From Octopus bimaculoides (lineage: Eukaryota): a stretch of DNA of 64,000 bases. Under the pieces are notes generated by a model. That model did not search any database, had not been told where the DNA came from, and was given only the letters and a program-made list of their open reading frames with translations. The position numbers were made by a program, and so were the translations under genes. Position 1 is the stretch's first letter. Each line of letters opens with the position of its first letter. Shown in pieces: positions 1-14,103 of the stretch. The DNA lies in assembly GCF_001194135.2 (NCBI RefSeq), contig NC_068986.1:8187167-8251166 (forward strand), given 5' to 3'.

Positions 1-59
1 TTTTTAACCGTTGTTTTAATATTGTGTAAAAGGAAACAAACATATAAAAAGAAAATTTA

Positions 60-1010
<951 letters not shown>

Positions 1011-1078
1011 CCAAACTTTAAGTGAAGTGGAGCTGAGTTAAACTGTTATTATATATATACACATACATACATACATAT

Positions 1079-1109
1079 CGATAGATAGATAGATAGATAG
1101 ATAGATAGT

Positions 1110-1157
<48 letters not shown>

Positions 1158-1162
1158 CATAC

Positions 1163-1210
<48 letters not shown>
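1079..1210. repeat. (GATA)n microsatellite
   Basis: Directly visible. Confidence 0.98.
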
Positions 1211-1212
<2 letters not shown>

Positions 1213-2112
1213 CTTTCTTTTATTAGCCACACAGTGCTGCACACGGAGGGGACAGATACAACTGTAGAGCTTTTCTTTTAAAAAAATAAAATAAAAGTAA
1301 AAAATTTTAAAACTCCGATCAAAAGGGATCGGTAGGGGCAAAAAAAAAGGGGGGGTATCGTATATCACAGAAAATGTCAATTGTGTAAAATGGGGTAACA
1401 TTAGGTTTATCCATGGAGAGGAAAGCCTACGGAAAAGACCATGGTAACCTCAGCAGGGAATAGACACATGAGAGCGAAGTGCTCTCTCTCTTTTTTTAAA
1501 TTTTTTTTTTCTCGATTTATAGGATAATGCTCAAAGAGGTATCGTCACTCGCACGCACCATCTTTGCTACATTCACCCACAGGTTTAGTTTGATACAGAA
1601 TATAAACAGCGTTTAATCATTTATAAATTATCGTAAATATATTCTTGTATTATGAACATTTGAAAACGGATATGATCCTATAAAAATTAACCGGCAAAAT
1701 TGTCATTTTATGCAAGCCTGAATAGGTTATTTTTCATACAATTCTTTTGCAATATATTGCATTTTTCTCTGTTTATTGAATACGTAGAACCTCGAATTAC
1801 TTAGTAAAATGTGAAAGAAATTCCAAATACAGTTTTCTTTCATGACAGTAACAATATAATCGTTACAACGTAAAATTATTTTTTGGAAATATGTTCACAC
1901 TATGAAACATACAATGGAAAAACGTTGAAACCTAAACAAGGTTTCATCTAAGATGGCGTCTCTTTCAAAGGAACCAGGCTATTTTCGTCTACAATTCTTT
2001 GTTATTATTTGAAAGCTTAAATATATATCCGTTGGTTTTATAAATTTATTTTGGTAATTTTACAAATATATTTGTGTATTACAAATTCGTTCCACATCGA
2101 AATTATATATAG

Positions 2113-2230
2113 AAAGTAAAAAAAAGAACTAGCAATATTTCTTTCCGAAACTTCCATGGAAATGGATAACATGAAAAGAAAATGTCCAGAATATTTTTGT
2201 TCTCCTTTCCTCAACCAATCATACAAATAA
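2113..2230 (+). pseudogene. Candidate decayed exon (KKELAIFLSETSMEMDNMKRKCPEYFCSPFLNQSYK*)
   Basis: Follows TATATAG. Reads as protein after a 1-nt slip in an A-run and ends at TAA 2228-2230. No clean donor. Confidence 0.3.
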
Positions 2231-2644
2231 GAAATTTTTTTTCATCTTGCATATTTTATTTACTATTTTACAATTTTCTAAACGAAAATTTGATTGTAGA
2301 TGATTTTCTTTCAGTCAGTCGATGAATTACAGTTAGTTTGTTCTGAAGACTAAACTCCAATTAGATAATATCAACACAAATAAAACGTGTCAACGATGAA
2401 AAAAAAATATCTGTAAGATTTTTTTTTTTCGGAAAATAAAATACTTTCACAATACAGTTAGATTTATGTGCGTTCGCATGTGTACATCCGTGTGCATACG
2501 TACGTTTGCACACATACACACACACATGGGGTTTTAACATGTTTCTTGCAAGTAGTTTTAATATATGTACGTATGCATTCACGCACACACACATCTAAAA
2601 GTAAATTGTGCGTATATATGAATGTATTCATGTATGTTGCTATT

Positions 2645-2680
<36 letters not shown>

Positions 2681-3116
2681 TTTGCGGTGGCGGGCATCTG
2701 GATTTGTAGTGGTGGAGATGTAAATCTCAGTATATGTGTAAGTTGGCTTTATCAGTGTGTTGAATGCATCTGTGGATTTGTTTTAGATTGCTTTTTCTTT
2801 CTTGTGTGTGTGCGTATGTGTGTGTGTGTGCGTGTTTTCAGTTGCTCGAGTTGATTAGAACAAAGATAAGTTTTCGTTTTCTCTACAACCCCCAACCCAA
2901 CCCCGTCTCTCTCTTTATTCCTCCACCCCTACCCCTGTCTTTCTCTCTCTTCCCCACANNNNNNNNNNNNNNNNNNNNNNNNNNNNNCGCACCATCTCTC
3001 TTCAACACAAACCAATACACTTTTCACAGACTATTGATCAGTTGTATGTTGTATTGCATTCTTCATATTTTCCAATTCTTCTTTATGTCTGTCATTCTTC
3101 TGCTTCTATGATTTAG

Positions 3117-3262
3117 AAATATTGACAATGCTAAAAAGTTTAGGTTTTTCGAAACGCGAATCAGAAAAAGTTGCAAGATATGTTCTTGAAATGGAAAGCA
3201 AGTCGGAGATATTTTCTGCATTAAAAGACATGAAGGAAAACGATTGATTTTATCGATTCCGA
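3117..3262 (+). pseudogene. Candidate exon with internal stop (ILTMLKSLGFSKRESEKVARYVLEMESKSEIFSALKDMKEND*FYRFR)
   Basis: Long pyrimidine tract plus TTTAG acceptor (3112-3116), protein-like composition, TGA at 3245-3247 (possibly from CGA), then CGA|GTAAAC donor. Confidence 0.45.
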
Positions 3263-3911
3263 GTAAACATAGTGTATCGCATATAGAACAATATAGATTG
3301 GGTTTAGATATTCTTCAGAACTACATAGAGTGAGTGTTTGTGTTTCTTTTTTTAAAGAAATACAGCAGGAACGTCATGGGTGTATTTTTATATGTGTGTT
3401 TCCGTAGATAAGAATGTGTGTAGATGGTTGTAGAAAAGAGGTGTGTGTGTGTGGATATAGATGCAACAACACAAAATGCGTGTACGTGTTTGTATAAGAG
3501 AGTGTATTTATAAGAGGAAAAAAAATGTGTCAAATGTTGCGCGTGTTTATTTAAATGTCATTTCATTTCTGTGTCTGATTATGTTGTGAGCGTGAAAAAT
3601 GAAGAATATTTTGATATGTTAAGATGTGTTCCTAAGTGTGTTTTTGGTTGTGTGAACGCGTGTGAGTATTGTTGCATTTCAGTACTTAAGATAACAGCTT
3701 CTATTTTAGGCATTGTTTTAATTGGAAATATTCTGTTTCACGTTAAAACTTTAAAGCTTCGAAATTGGTTTGTTTTGATATTTTTGATTCTCGTTGTTTC
3801 AGCCATTAAATGTTTGATTTCGTGAGTAGTGGCAAGATGAAGTAATTACGGCAGTCTCTTCATTTCGAAATGAAGTCGTTCAGTCAATCTTTGAATAATA
3901 TTACAATACAA

Positions 3912-4410
<499 letters not shown>

Positions 4411-4611
4411 TAATAATAACAATAATAATAATAATGCCATTGCAATATATGAATGCAAAAGTGAGACGTAAAATATTTCTGAATATTATTTCGAGAAACT
4501 TGGATACAAACATCGAAAATAGAAATTTAAATAAATAACTTTCGTAGAAGATTTATAAATAACCTGAAATGGTTTTCATATTGCGCAAGAAAAATGATTG
4601 TGACGGCCAGG

Positions 4612-4775
4612 AAAATGTCTTGCATTATTCATCCAGATCTTTACATTCTGAGTTCAAATACCAATGAGGTTAGCTTCTCTTTTCAATATCTCTGAGTCAA
4701 GACAAAAGATACCAGTTGCGTATTGGTGTCTATGCAATCAGCTAACAACCCCATCTCTCTGCTTACGTTAGAAAC
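4612..4775 (+). mobile_element. Decayed tRNA-derived SINE (family A)
   Basis: TTCTGAGTTCAAAT B-box-like motif and TACCAGTTGCGTATTGG, shared with copies at 21.1, 37.8 and 51.0 kb. Confidence 0.55.
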
Positions 4776-5265
4776 GGCATTAATAATCGTTAACGTCGAA
4801 AACTTCGATATGTTTCACCAAAGATTGGCCCTGACCACCTGACAGGATCTGCTAGATAATTTTAAAGGCAAGGTTTGTGGTATCATCGCCCATTTAAATA
4901 AGTTTTTGTTTTTGTTTTTGTTTTTTTGCTAAGTGCGATGTATCCAGGTACAGACGATTTATCTGGTAAGTTTGTTTGTCCAGGCTCGTTTAGAAGTAAT
5001 GCAACCTTTTTCTGTTTCGATTTGTTTTTCAGCAATGTTAAATAAAGAAGGGAATGATGCGGAAAAGAAATTGTATTGCAGTGAATTTATGTATTAGAAA
5101 TCTAAATTGTGTAGGGGGCGCATGGCAGGTGGTCCCATCCTTGGATTAATTCTGAATCTGATTTTTTTAGGTCGTTTTGGCAATGTTAGTGGTAATTTCT
5201 CCATATTTTCTTATCAACCTAAAGATACATTTCAATATTTATTAGATTTTTCTTCTGTTCTGCAG

Positions 5266-5331
5266 ATATGAAACTCATAATTCAGAGAAATAGACATTGC
5301 ATCAGCAGCACAATTATTCGAGAAGCAAACT
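5266..5331 (+). pseudogene. Candidate 66-bp phase 1-1 exon (MKLIIQRNRHCISSTIIREAN)
   Basis: Strong acceptor TTTTCTTCTGTTCTGCAG, donor GTAATT, open frame, length a multiple of 3. Confidence 0.4.
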
Positions 5332-5509
5332 GTAATTTAAGAACAAAATAATGAATACACCTTTAAAAAGAAATTTGTAATATCTTATCTTCAAAGGATC
5401 ACCGTTTGCTTTCCACTTTCCTCTCCATAATCTAAAATATTAATACTACTGTAATGATGATATCGTATTTATTAACTTTTCTAATACTCTCAAGTATTGT
5501 CTGTTATAG

Positions 5510-5680
5510 ATTGCATTTCGGAAATATCAAAGTCGTTTCTAGCAGAACTTAGTATTGTCATTGATCGAGACAAGATGTCTTTTACCGAACAACGCTTTCT
5601 CTCCATTTACCTTCTCATAATTATGATGTGATCGGAGAAAACAGAGAAGTGTTGAGGTATTTACAGCTGCATGTTGTATG
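5510..5680 (+). pseudogene. Candidate frameshifted exon (CISEISKSFLAELSIVIDRDKMSFTEQRFLSI / HLPSHNYDVIGENREVLRYLQLH)
   Basis: TTGTCTGTTATAG acceptor. Two protein-like frames joined by a frameshift, with a helical pattern loosely reminiscent of a death-fold domain (unverified). 3' end uncertain. Confidence 0.4.
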
Positions 5681-5870
5681 AAAATAAGGTTGAAGTTAGT
5701 AGAAATTCATTATCATGTTACTCGCAATTAGCGTTAATCTTTCAAGCAATTCTATAATTATTTCTTGTATTCTATCTGAAAATTGAAACGTTACAGAAAC
5801 TTTGCAAAATGTTTGTGATGTAATATACTGGCCCATTGTTTATGGGTGTAGCATTGTTGATCACCTTTAG

Positions 5871-6017
5871 CCTTGAATAAAAGACTCGGCGATAATTTTG
5901 CAGACACAATGATATCCTTTATCAATAGTGACTCGTTATTTGCGAGTTTCGACGGCACTCATATTTTAGAGGAGTTTCAAAACGTTTTCAAAATTCCACT
6001 AAAAGCGAACATTCGAC
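5871..6017 (+). CDS. Candidate 147-bp phase 1-1 coding exon (LNKRLGDNFADTMISFINSDSLFASFDGTHILEEFQNVFKIPLKANIR), product unknown
   Basis: CCTTTAG acceptor, GTAAAA donor, fully open, protein-like composition. May belong to a pseudogene. Confidence 0.5.
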
Positions 6018-6118
6018 GTAAAAGGAAAATTCACTGCAGTTACCATGACGAAAGAAATCCATGCTTATGGTAAAACGGTCTAAAAACACTCGTATCTGCT
6101 CAGCGTCACCCCTAGCGG

Positions 6119-6163
6119 ACTCCTAAGCGCATTTCTGACTCCTTAGCCTTCCTCAGTATGAGA
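6119..6163 (-). ncRNA. Minimal type I hammerhead ribozyme-like motif (degenerate)
   Basis: CTGAGGA-AGGC-TAAGGA-GTC-A-GAAAT-GCGC-TTA-GGAG. Confidence 0.45.
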
Positions 6164-6289
6164 TGCCGAAGAGAGAGACAACCTTGAACAGGTTCTAAAA
6201 TAGTAGCTTTATATTTGAACAGTGAATATCAGTGACTGAATGGCACGTACGGACCGCTTGGTCAGAATAAATACAATAGTATCAGTGCT

Positions 6290-6334
6290 AAGCTGTGATG
6301 AAAGGCATAAAGAGCCAGAAACGCATGTAGGAGT
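6290..6334 (+). ncRNA. Minimal type I hammerhead ribozyme-like motif (degenerate)
   Basis: GTGATGA-AAGGC-ATAAAGA-GCC-A-GAAAC-GCAT-GTA-GGAG. The first core C is replaced by G and stem I is weak. Confidence 0.45.
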
Positions 6335-6485
6335 ACGCTACAGGCCAGACACTGAGGAGATATGGTGCTATTATACCTCTTACCATAAAGCAGATTTTTT
6401 CTACACAGTAACTACAGTGAGGTTGCGTTTAGAATTTGAGATATGTCACAAACTAACCTACAATTTGTTGCTTCCTCATCGCGGG

Positions 6486-6529
<44 letters not shown>

Positions 6530-7670
6530 CAAATGAAAGACAGAAGATGGAATATACGAGAAATTATAATAAATCTCGACAATTGTTTCGACTCATCTAG
6601 CATCGATTCCTCTTGGGTGTGACGTTAAACAACTGTTTCAGGAGCATTTGGTGGTGTGGATGCATCTCATCGGGTGATAAATAAATACAACTCGTTAACA
6701 TAACTGTTCCGCAATGTAACTTTCCGTTTTGTTGAGAGAAAAGCAATGAGACGGAGGAAATATCTTCATTTATATAGAAGATCAAAAATAAAATCACAGA
6801 TGACAAAAAGAGAAACGAACACGCAATCCAGGGAGAAAAGTTTTGCAATTGCAACGCTACTATAATATCGGTGCAATTTCTTCATGGTCTTTACTTTAAT
6901 ATCCTTCGATGTAACTGTTGAAACATAATATATATAAATTATTAGCGACGAAAGTAGAAGCAGTACTAATATCAATACTAACACCTAATTCTGCGTTATC
7001 AGCCTTCAGAGATCCTCTCAATGAGTGCTTAGTATATAAAAAGCTCACACATAGATTGTAGCAGACGAGTATCGTCTGTGTGTGCTTTTATGTAGCAAAG
7101 TTCGATATAAAGATTAGCTTTTGCGGTTACTATTGCTTTCCACACTAGCAAATCTTTAATGAGTCTGCTGGTTATTTGTGGCATCTATGTCTGAAAAGAT
7201 GCTGATCTTCCATATATCGTAAAAGCTAGATTTGACCGGCGTGCGGTAACCAGATCTTTCCCAATGATGAGGTCCAACAGAGTGAAATTAACTGAAATGC
7301 GAGTTCCGGCGCCCGTGACAGATGATTCTTGTCTGCTACGCTCTATGCGTCTGTTTATATGCATTAGGCGACTATATGAGATGATGTCTCAAGGCTGATA
7401 GCGCACGCGCACACACACACACACAAACACACACATACACACACATGTATGTGAGTGTTTGTTTATATATATATTTAATTTGGTATACATGCACGTATAT
7501 ACATTCATATATAGACACACACATATATATATATATACACACACGTACATACCTATATCACATAAACACACATACACACACACATTTGCTAAAATATTCG
7601 ATGCCGTTTTCATGAAACGATGCGTAAAATAGTATATATGTTTTTAAAATAAAAAAAAAGAAAATGTAAT

Positions 7671-7779
<109 letters not shown>

Positions 7780-8207
7780 ATTCAATTACTGATATATTAT
7801 ATTCCTGTGCTTAATGTAGTGTCTGGTTTATACATCGTACAATTAGCTATTATCTGAGTAGTCAGAAGTGATTTATCTTAATTACGTAAATCATTTTCGC
7901 TTACAATCCGTGGAAATGTGATAATGGACGAATATCTTCAAGTTTAATGTAATTCATATAAGTATTTTTCGTTTGCCTTTTCAAGTTTTTCATTTTTATT
8001 TTCTCTGAATATTTTCACATGCAGCCGTATATATTTAATTAACACCTAATTACAAGACGATTTCTTATCCTTAAATAGCAGCAATGATTCGATGAAGTTG
8101 TTAGCTGACTCTACAACAAATACTTGAGTGAAGCATTTATTAAATTAAATAATTACTTTCTCATCTGAAAAAGATGATACTATGTTATGTAATTTATCAT
8201 AATTTAG

Positions 8208-8284
8208 ACACTTAAACTGCTTTAGTCGAAATAACGTTGATTACTTCTGCTGGGAACGACTCGGAATAGGATTAGTAATAATCT
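8208..8284 (+). pseudogene. Candidate exon (HLNCFSRNNVDYFCWERLGIGLVII)
   Basis: TTTAG acceptor, GTAAGG donor, one open frame (phase 2-1). Confidence 0.3.
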
Positions 8285-8576
8285 GTAAGGGATAGAGTTT
8301 AAACAGAAATAGCACGTATTAAACTCTAATCTCATACGTCAATAAATAGGTTTAGCTATCATTAATGTTATATTCTGTAGTACACAACTTTATAAACTAG
8401 ACAATTGCCAAACATTTTCGAATGTCTCTGATATATGTACCGAGCAGTTCACTGATCGTTGCTTAAACATAATTAGCAACGAAGAAGCTATATACTGAAA
8501 TACTTTATTATAGAAATGTTAGTTTTACATACATAAATGTAGATTATCGCAATCAAAATCATTCTTCAATTTCTAG

Positions 8577-8737
8577 TTTGCCCAGTCTCTCACCATCAAA
8601 TCTCTGGCATCAGTTCCTCATATAATAATCTCATGTCAAATTATAAGGTGATCAATGAATTCTTTAATGCAATACACGGCACAGACGATGAATTACAAAT
8701 ATCTAAACTTCTTGATTACATAAACTTTTCAATCTGA
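8577..8737 (+). pseudogene. Candidate exon (CPVSHHQISGISSSYNNLMSNYKVINEFFNAIHGTDDELQISKLLDYINFSI*)
   Basis: TTCTTCAATTTCTAG acceptor, 52 open codons, phase compatible with the 8208-8284 segment. Confidence 0.35.
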
Positions 8738-10122
8738 AGGAAGATATTACTTTTACCAAAATAGAAAGTTTCGTCCGTCCATAAATATACTTGAATCAAA
8801 AGCTCTTGCAGCCATTCCATACTAAAGTTCTAAAAACTTATGGCACACGAGTTCCATTCTGTAGCCGTTTGTGGCTGAAGGCTTTCTGTATTATAACCAT
8901 AGTATTTAAAGATAGATTAATGAAAATTAGTTATTGTTTAACTCGAAATAAAATCGTTGAAAGAAGATATGTGAAACATATTAACACATCTCAAATTCGT
9001 ACCAAAACGAATTTCATTAGAAAAAATATCTAATTAGTAATATGACTAAAAAGCATCAAGTACTGGAATAAAACAGTTTTAACATTAAATAATATAATAA
9101 AACATCCTTCAGAGAAAAATATACTGTTTTATAACTATGTTATGTTAGAGCAAAACTAGGACTCACAAATAAAGCATCTGGTGTTGGTTGTTAGCGGTAA
9201 CTTAGATATCATAAAATACGATATCATAAACATAATATACATGACAATGATATATGCCATATTATAAATAATATATGATAATAAAACTGTATTACAAAAT
9301 TCAAATGAAATAAACATTGTGGTATAAAATACTACTGGTTAAATTGTAAGCAACAACCCAACTTAATATCATAAAATATGAGACTCTCCTGAGCTTCATG
9401 AATCTAAATGTTATATGTTCAAATCTACATCATGCTCATCCTAACCAGAAAGCCGTTGTAAAGTAAAACAGAAAGACTGGCTTTGAAAATTTTAAGATAA
9501 TGAAGAATAGGAAAACCAATTAATATAGGTAAGTAGCGAAGATTCGAATGTAAAGAAAGGAAAGAAATTGAGAAGCCAATGTAAATATGAGATGAAATAA
9601 AGTGAATGGAGATAGTCGATAGATATTAAGTTTATTATAGAATCGCATTGATATTTATTTAGTTGCTTTGACTCGAAGCTATGGCAGCTTTCACCACGGA
9701 AATATAAGCCTTGCCGATAGTCTGGATCAAACATGTAGAAAGTAAAAAAAGACAAAGAAGATAATAAATGACACAGTAAAGGAAACCAAACAAAACTATT
9801 CCTAGACCAATATCAATAAAGTCCAATAAAGTGCAAACAGAACAATTCAGAGGTGATATATTGAATCTGACATCGTAGTTAAATAACAGCCATTTGCCAG
9901 CAAATTATATAAAGAAAAATAATCTTCCGCGTGAACAGACAAAGAGTAAATAGAAGAGGAACGTATCTTAGGGCAATGGAAAATAACAGAGTGATGTAGA
10001 TAGGAGATCGGAATCGAAGAGAACGAGAAAAAAAAAACACGAGTGTATAATATTGTAAATAAGACAGCATTTCCTCGGGTGGAAAGGTGTAAGAAGTAAT
10101 AATGTTTTATTGGATCAATATT

Positions 10123-10589
10123 TAGGAACATACGCGAAAATGGAGAATAAAAATTTTAAGATAATTTTATACAGAATCTCGAATAACATTCGTTCATCAA
10201 CGTTAAATGCTTGCCCAGTCACAGTCTTTCTTACTCGCTCCCTCTCTCACTATCTTGCTGTCTATCTCCCTTTACGACCTAGATTTTCCTAACCATTACC
10301 CATGTGAATACACACACACATCATATATATATNNNNNNNNNNNNNNNNNNNNNNNNNNNNNNNNNNNNNNNNNNNNNNNNNNNNNNNNNNNNNNNNNNNN
10401 NNNNNNNNNNNNNTAATGGTTAGGAAAATCTAGGTCGTAAAGGGAGATAGACAGCAAGATAGTGAGAGAGGGAGCGAGTAAGAAAGACTGTGACTGGGCA
10501 AGCATTTAACGTTGATGAACGAATGTTATTCGAGATTCTGTATAAAATTATCTTAAAATTTTTATTCTCCATTTTCGCGTATGTTCCTA
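10123..10589. repeat. Apparently identical 176-bp inverted duplication flanking an N-gap
   Basis: 10123-10298 is the reverse complement of 10414-10589, with the gap at 10333-10413. Confidence 0.9.
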
Positions 10590-10928
10590 TATATATATAT
10601 ATATATAGGGAGAATTCACAAAAAACAACAGACGAAGACAGATGGTGTAGAAAACAAACAGATGTATTAGTATAACGCTCAGGAATTGAAAAAGTCTTTA
10701 ACGTTTCAAGCCTACGCTCTTCCACAGAAAGGGACACAGAAAGAAACAAGGAAAGAAACAAGGATAGAAAAAAGTAGAGACAAAAGGAGGGAGAAAAATG
10801 TGTATAGTGGTTAGCGATCTATCATGGCGAATATACACCGTATCTGAAGTCATTATGGAAATGTTGGAATTCATACTTTTAAAGTGTTAATGATGGGTTT
10901 TTGTTATTTTGTAGGTCATAATATAATC

Positions 10929-11147
10929 ATGGGTAAAAAGAAAGATAGTACAATGTCTGAAAAGCAGGAAATAACTTACCTTTTAAGTGATGGCATTACC
11001 TCTTTGAACATTTCGAAGCAGCTTGGCTGAGATCATCAAACAATCAAGAAAACAATTGAAGATATAATAAAGAACAGGAAACCAAGGTCTGGAAAGGGGT
11101 TCAAGAACTTGTCCACAAGAGATAAACGGCAGCTGAAACGCATTGTC
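10929..11147 (+). mobile_element. Tc1-like transposase N-terminal (paired-like HTH) remnant
   Basis: MGKKKDSTMSEKQEITYLLSDGITSLNISKQLG*DHQTIKKTIEDIIKNRKPRSGKGFKNLSTRDKRQLKRIVS, with an internal stop. Confidence 0.75.
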
Positions 11148-11150
11148 TCT

Positions 11151-11213
11151 AATACTTATCTCTCACTGGAATGAGTACATTTTTTGTTGAATTTTATTCA
11201 CAGATCAGTACAT

Positions 11214-11244
<31 letters not shown>

Positions 11245-11327
11245 CATATATATATATACATATAATGTACTGATCTGTGAATAAAATTCAACAAAAAATG
11301 TACTCATTCCAGTGGGAGATAAATATT
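11151..11327. repeat. Fold-back with ~67-bp arms (2 mismatches) around a (TA)n spacer
   Basis: 11151-11217 is the near-perfect reverse complement of 11260-11327. Confidence 0.9.
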
Positions 11328-11880
11328 ATTTATTTAAAGGACACAATATATGTATTAAAGTGCAACTAATAGTTTCATATGTTAAGAAATACTCAAACAT
11401 ATTCTTCAGGCGCAAACCACGTATCATAATGAACTAAAGAAATTGAATAGTTGAATAGTAGAAGAAACGCGAAATAAACTGAGAAGGCAGCATATATATA
11501 AATAGGAATTTTAGAATCTTGCTTGCTTGTTTGCTTGTCATTCAACAAGGTAATCCCGCACCTATCATCTATAATGGAATCTTTTTCTCCCACGAATCGT
11601 TATAAACCCTTTCCGCTCCCTCTGTTCTTTCTTTCCCACAAATAAATCATGCGGTTGTTGCACCTTGTACTAGTTACGGCCATTACCTACCCTTCTTCCC
11701 CTCCAAGTCACCAACCTACTAACGACAGAAAGGAAACTATATCAAATATCCATAATTAAGGCTAAGAGAATCGAAAGTTATTTACCCAAGCTCCTTTCAA
11801 ACACCTCGCCCACTCTTTCTATCAGGTCCTTTAAGTTGGAACTGAGAGGGACTAACAACATGAAAGAGATAGTATGTGTG

Positions 11881-11885
<5 letters not shown>

Positions 11886-11944
<59 letters not shown>

Positions 11945-11976
11945 AGAGAGAGACAGAGAGACAGAGAGACAGAGAG

Positions 11977-12037
<61 letters not shown>

Positions 12038-12052
12038 GGCAGACAGACAGAC
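11886..12052. repeat. (GA)n/(GACA)n compound microsatellite
   Basis: Directly visible. Confidence 0.97.
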
Positions 12053-12519
12053 TGCGAATAGGTACAGTGACCTGATACAATTTCACTTAAGCAACATCAG
12101 AAACCCAAACCTAATTCTTCTTAAGAGGTTCACAACCGCGGAGTAGATACTTTACAATTAACATTACGAACGACATTGAAACCGTTTTTACTCAAGTTTA
12201 ACCTGTTTAAGCAAATAATTCTTAAGAAGAAGAAGAAGAAATGCCATCCTATATTTGGCGAAAATCCTAAGATTCTTGAGATTTGAAGAGACTTGTTGTC
12301 ACCAAACTTCCTACTAATTAAATTAGCATGAAACAGCTGTGTGATTATAATAAAAAATAATAACAATGATATCAACAACAATTCTTATTTTCTACATTTA
12401 TTTACCTTCAGAGCCAATTTATTGTTATAAAAATGGGTGACAGATAGCCCACAGATTATAAACACAGTTTCGTACAAATAACTACGAACACAAACACCTC
12501 ACATATTTTATGCCTTTGT

Positions 12520-13230
12520 CTATGGAGTACGCCGCTCTGAAATTTCTCAGGAACAGACTGACCAGTTCGGTTTCATCGAGGCCCAGAGCTTTCCTGAGAG
12601 CATTGTCACTTCTTGCCCATCACTAATCCTCTATAGATTGAAAAAGGGAACTTCAACTATTGCCGTTGTTCAACTGGTAGAGGACGGTGAGAGCCTGATG
12701 AATTTCCAAATACCAGTTCCTATCTCAGTCTTTGATTAAGAACAGCCGTTCTGTCAAGGAAAGACGTGTTTCATGAACAGTAACTATGCCTGTTCAACTT
12801 CCAGGAATCTTTGCAGGGGTAGCACAGTCTGAGCGCATGTCTGCGAGATGATGACAGCAGATGGACCGCTTGGAGCAGCAGAATGAATCTCAAAAGAAAC
12901 CGAATTGGAAACAGCTATTGGGTTGGGCGGACACCTCTACCCAACCTTTTAAGGATAGCTTCTTCTTAACCCATTTCTGAGTAAGACAAGCCACCCTGAT
13001 TGTTACCACGTTATGCTTACGGTCTACCGGAAGATCGTTGCCACCAGCGTCTGGTTACTCGTATCTCGAGATCGAAGGATTTCATTATCACAACGCCACT
13101 CAATACGACAGACACAGAGATGAGCCGACTTCGTACACACCGAAGATTGGTGACAGTATGTGCACTGCAGAGGTTCAGGTCTCGCTAATGGCTACTACAT
13201 TTATGACATGTCGAAGTTGTTGACCAAGTG
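12520..13230 (-). mobile_element. Decayed L1/Tx1-type LINE ORF2, apurinic endonuclease region
   Basis: Minus-strand translation with stops and frameshifts gives RHVINVVAISET, PDAGG and WYLE, resembling APE motifs (DV.A.QETH; DAGGRL; YWKFN). Confidence 0.55.
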
Positions 13231-14103
13231 ACCTTGCTTCTAACAAAATGTTAATAACAACATTGCACATGGTAACACGTGCTAAATGATGCCAATCAAG
13301 TGTCTTATACATTGCCTCAAGTTGTACAATGCAGACGATAAAGATGCTACTAAATTCTAAGTAATGTACAAAATCAACGGAAAGATTGTCAGAAAACTCA
13401 CAACAAATTTACAAATTCAATTTTGAAGAGAGGAAATTTTCCAAAAGCCTTTCGTATCATGTTAGAATAACAAAACAGATATAAAAGAATTACATAAAAT
13501 ATATAAACATAACTACTTGAATTTAATTAACCAGACATCATACACGAATGGAGGAAAACGATGAGAAGCAATACAATAGAGGAATTAAATGTATACTTCA
13601 AACTAGATAAAATGCTGCACTTAAGGTAACAAACATCTGTAATCTAGTTAATTCAGTTATAAGTTAGAGTTATATTCTTAACTGGAAGCTTAGTGAAATT
13701 ACAAAACGACAATGGAGGAAAAGTAATGTATATATAACGAACACATAAAGCAAAAGTTGACATAAATATTCTGCTTCTCGTTGCCATCTTCAGTTTATAA
13801 TATCTAATGTAGAAATGTTATATGACAATGCCTGATACAGAATTGCAAAAGTAACCAATCAAAAATACAGAGATGCAGGAGGTTTTGTTAATGACGTGAA
13901 AGTGGAAAAGCAAATGTTTGCATATGAATTATTTAACGAAGGATGTTATAGTTTTATTTCAAGTATCTTAGTAATTTCAATATATTTTCAAACAAAGGAT
14001 TATTAAAAATAATGTCAAAACAGCACTGAATAGAGACAAAATATATCAAATAACATACAAAAAGAAAAATATGGCCACGGACACGATATATTGGTTTTAA
14101 ATG

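Larger units (their letters stand above)
6031..6420. mobile_element. Diverged inverted repeat pair (6031-6160 / 6293-6420), each arm with a hammerhead-like core; probable Penelope-like pLTR remnant
   Basis: The arms align by eye, e.g. TAGGAGTCCGCTA..GACGCTGAGCAGATA..TTACCATAA..GTAACTGCAGTGA (minus) versus TAGGAGTACGCTA..GACACTGAGGAGATA..TTACCATAA..GTAACTACAGTGA (plus). Confidence 0.6.

Noticed and set aside
7264-7300. C/D box snoRNA (ATGATGA...CTGA)
   Set aside because: The boxes are only about 30 nt apart with no terminal stem; too short.
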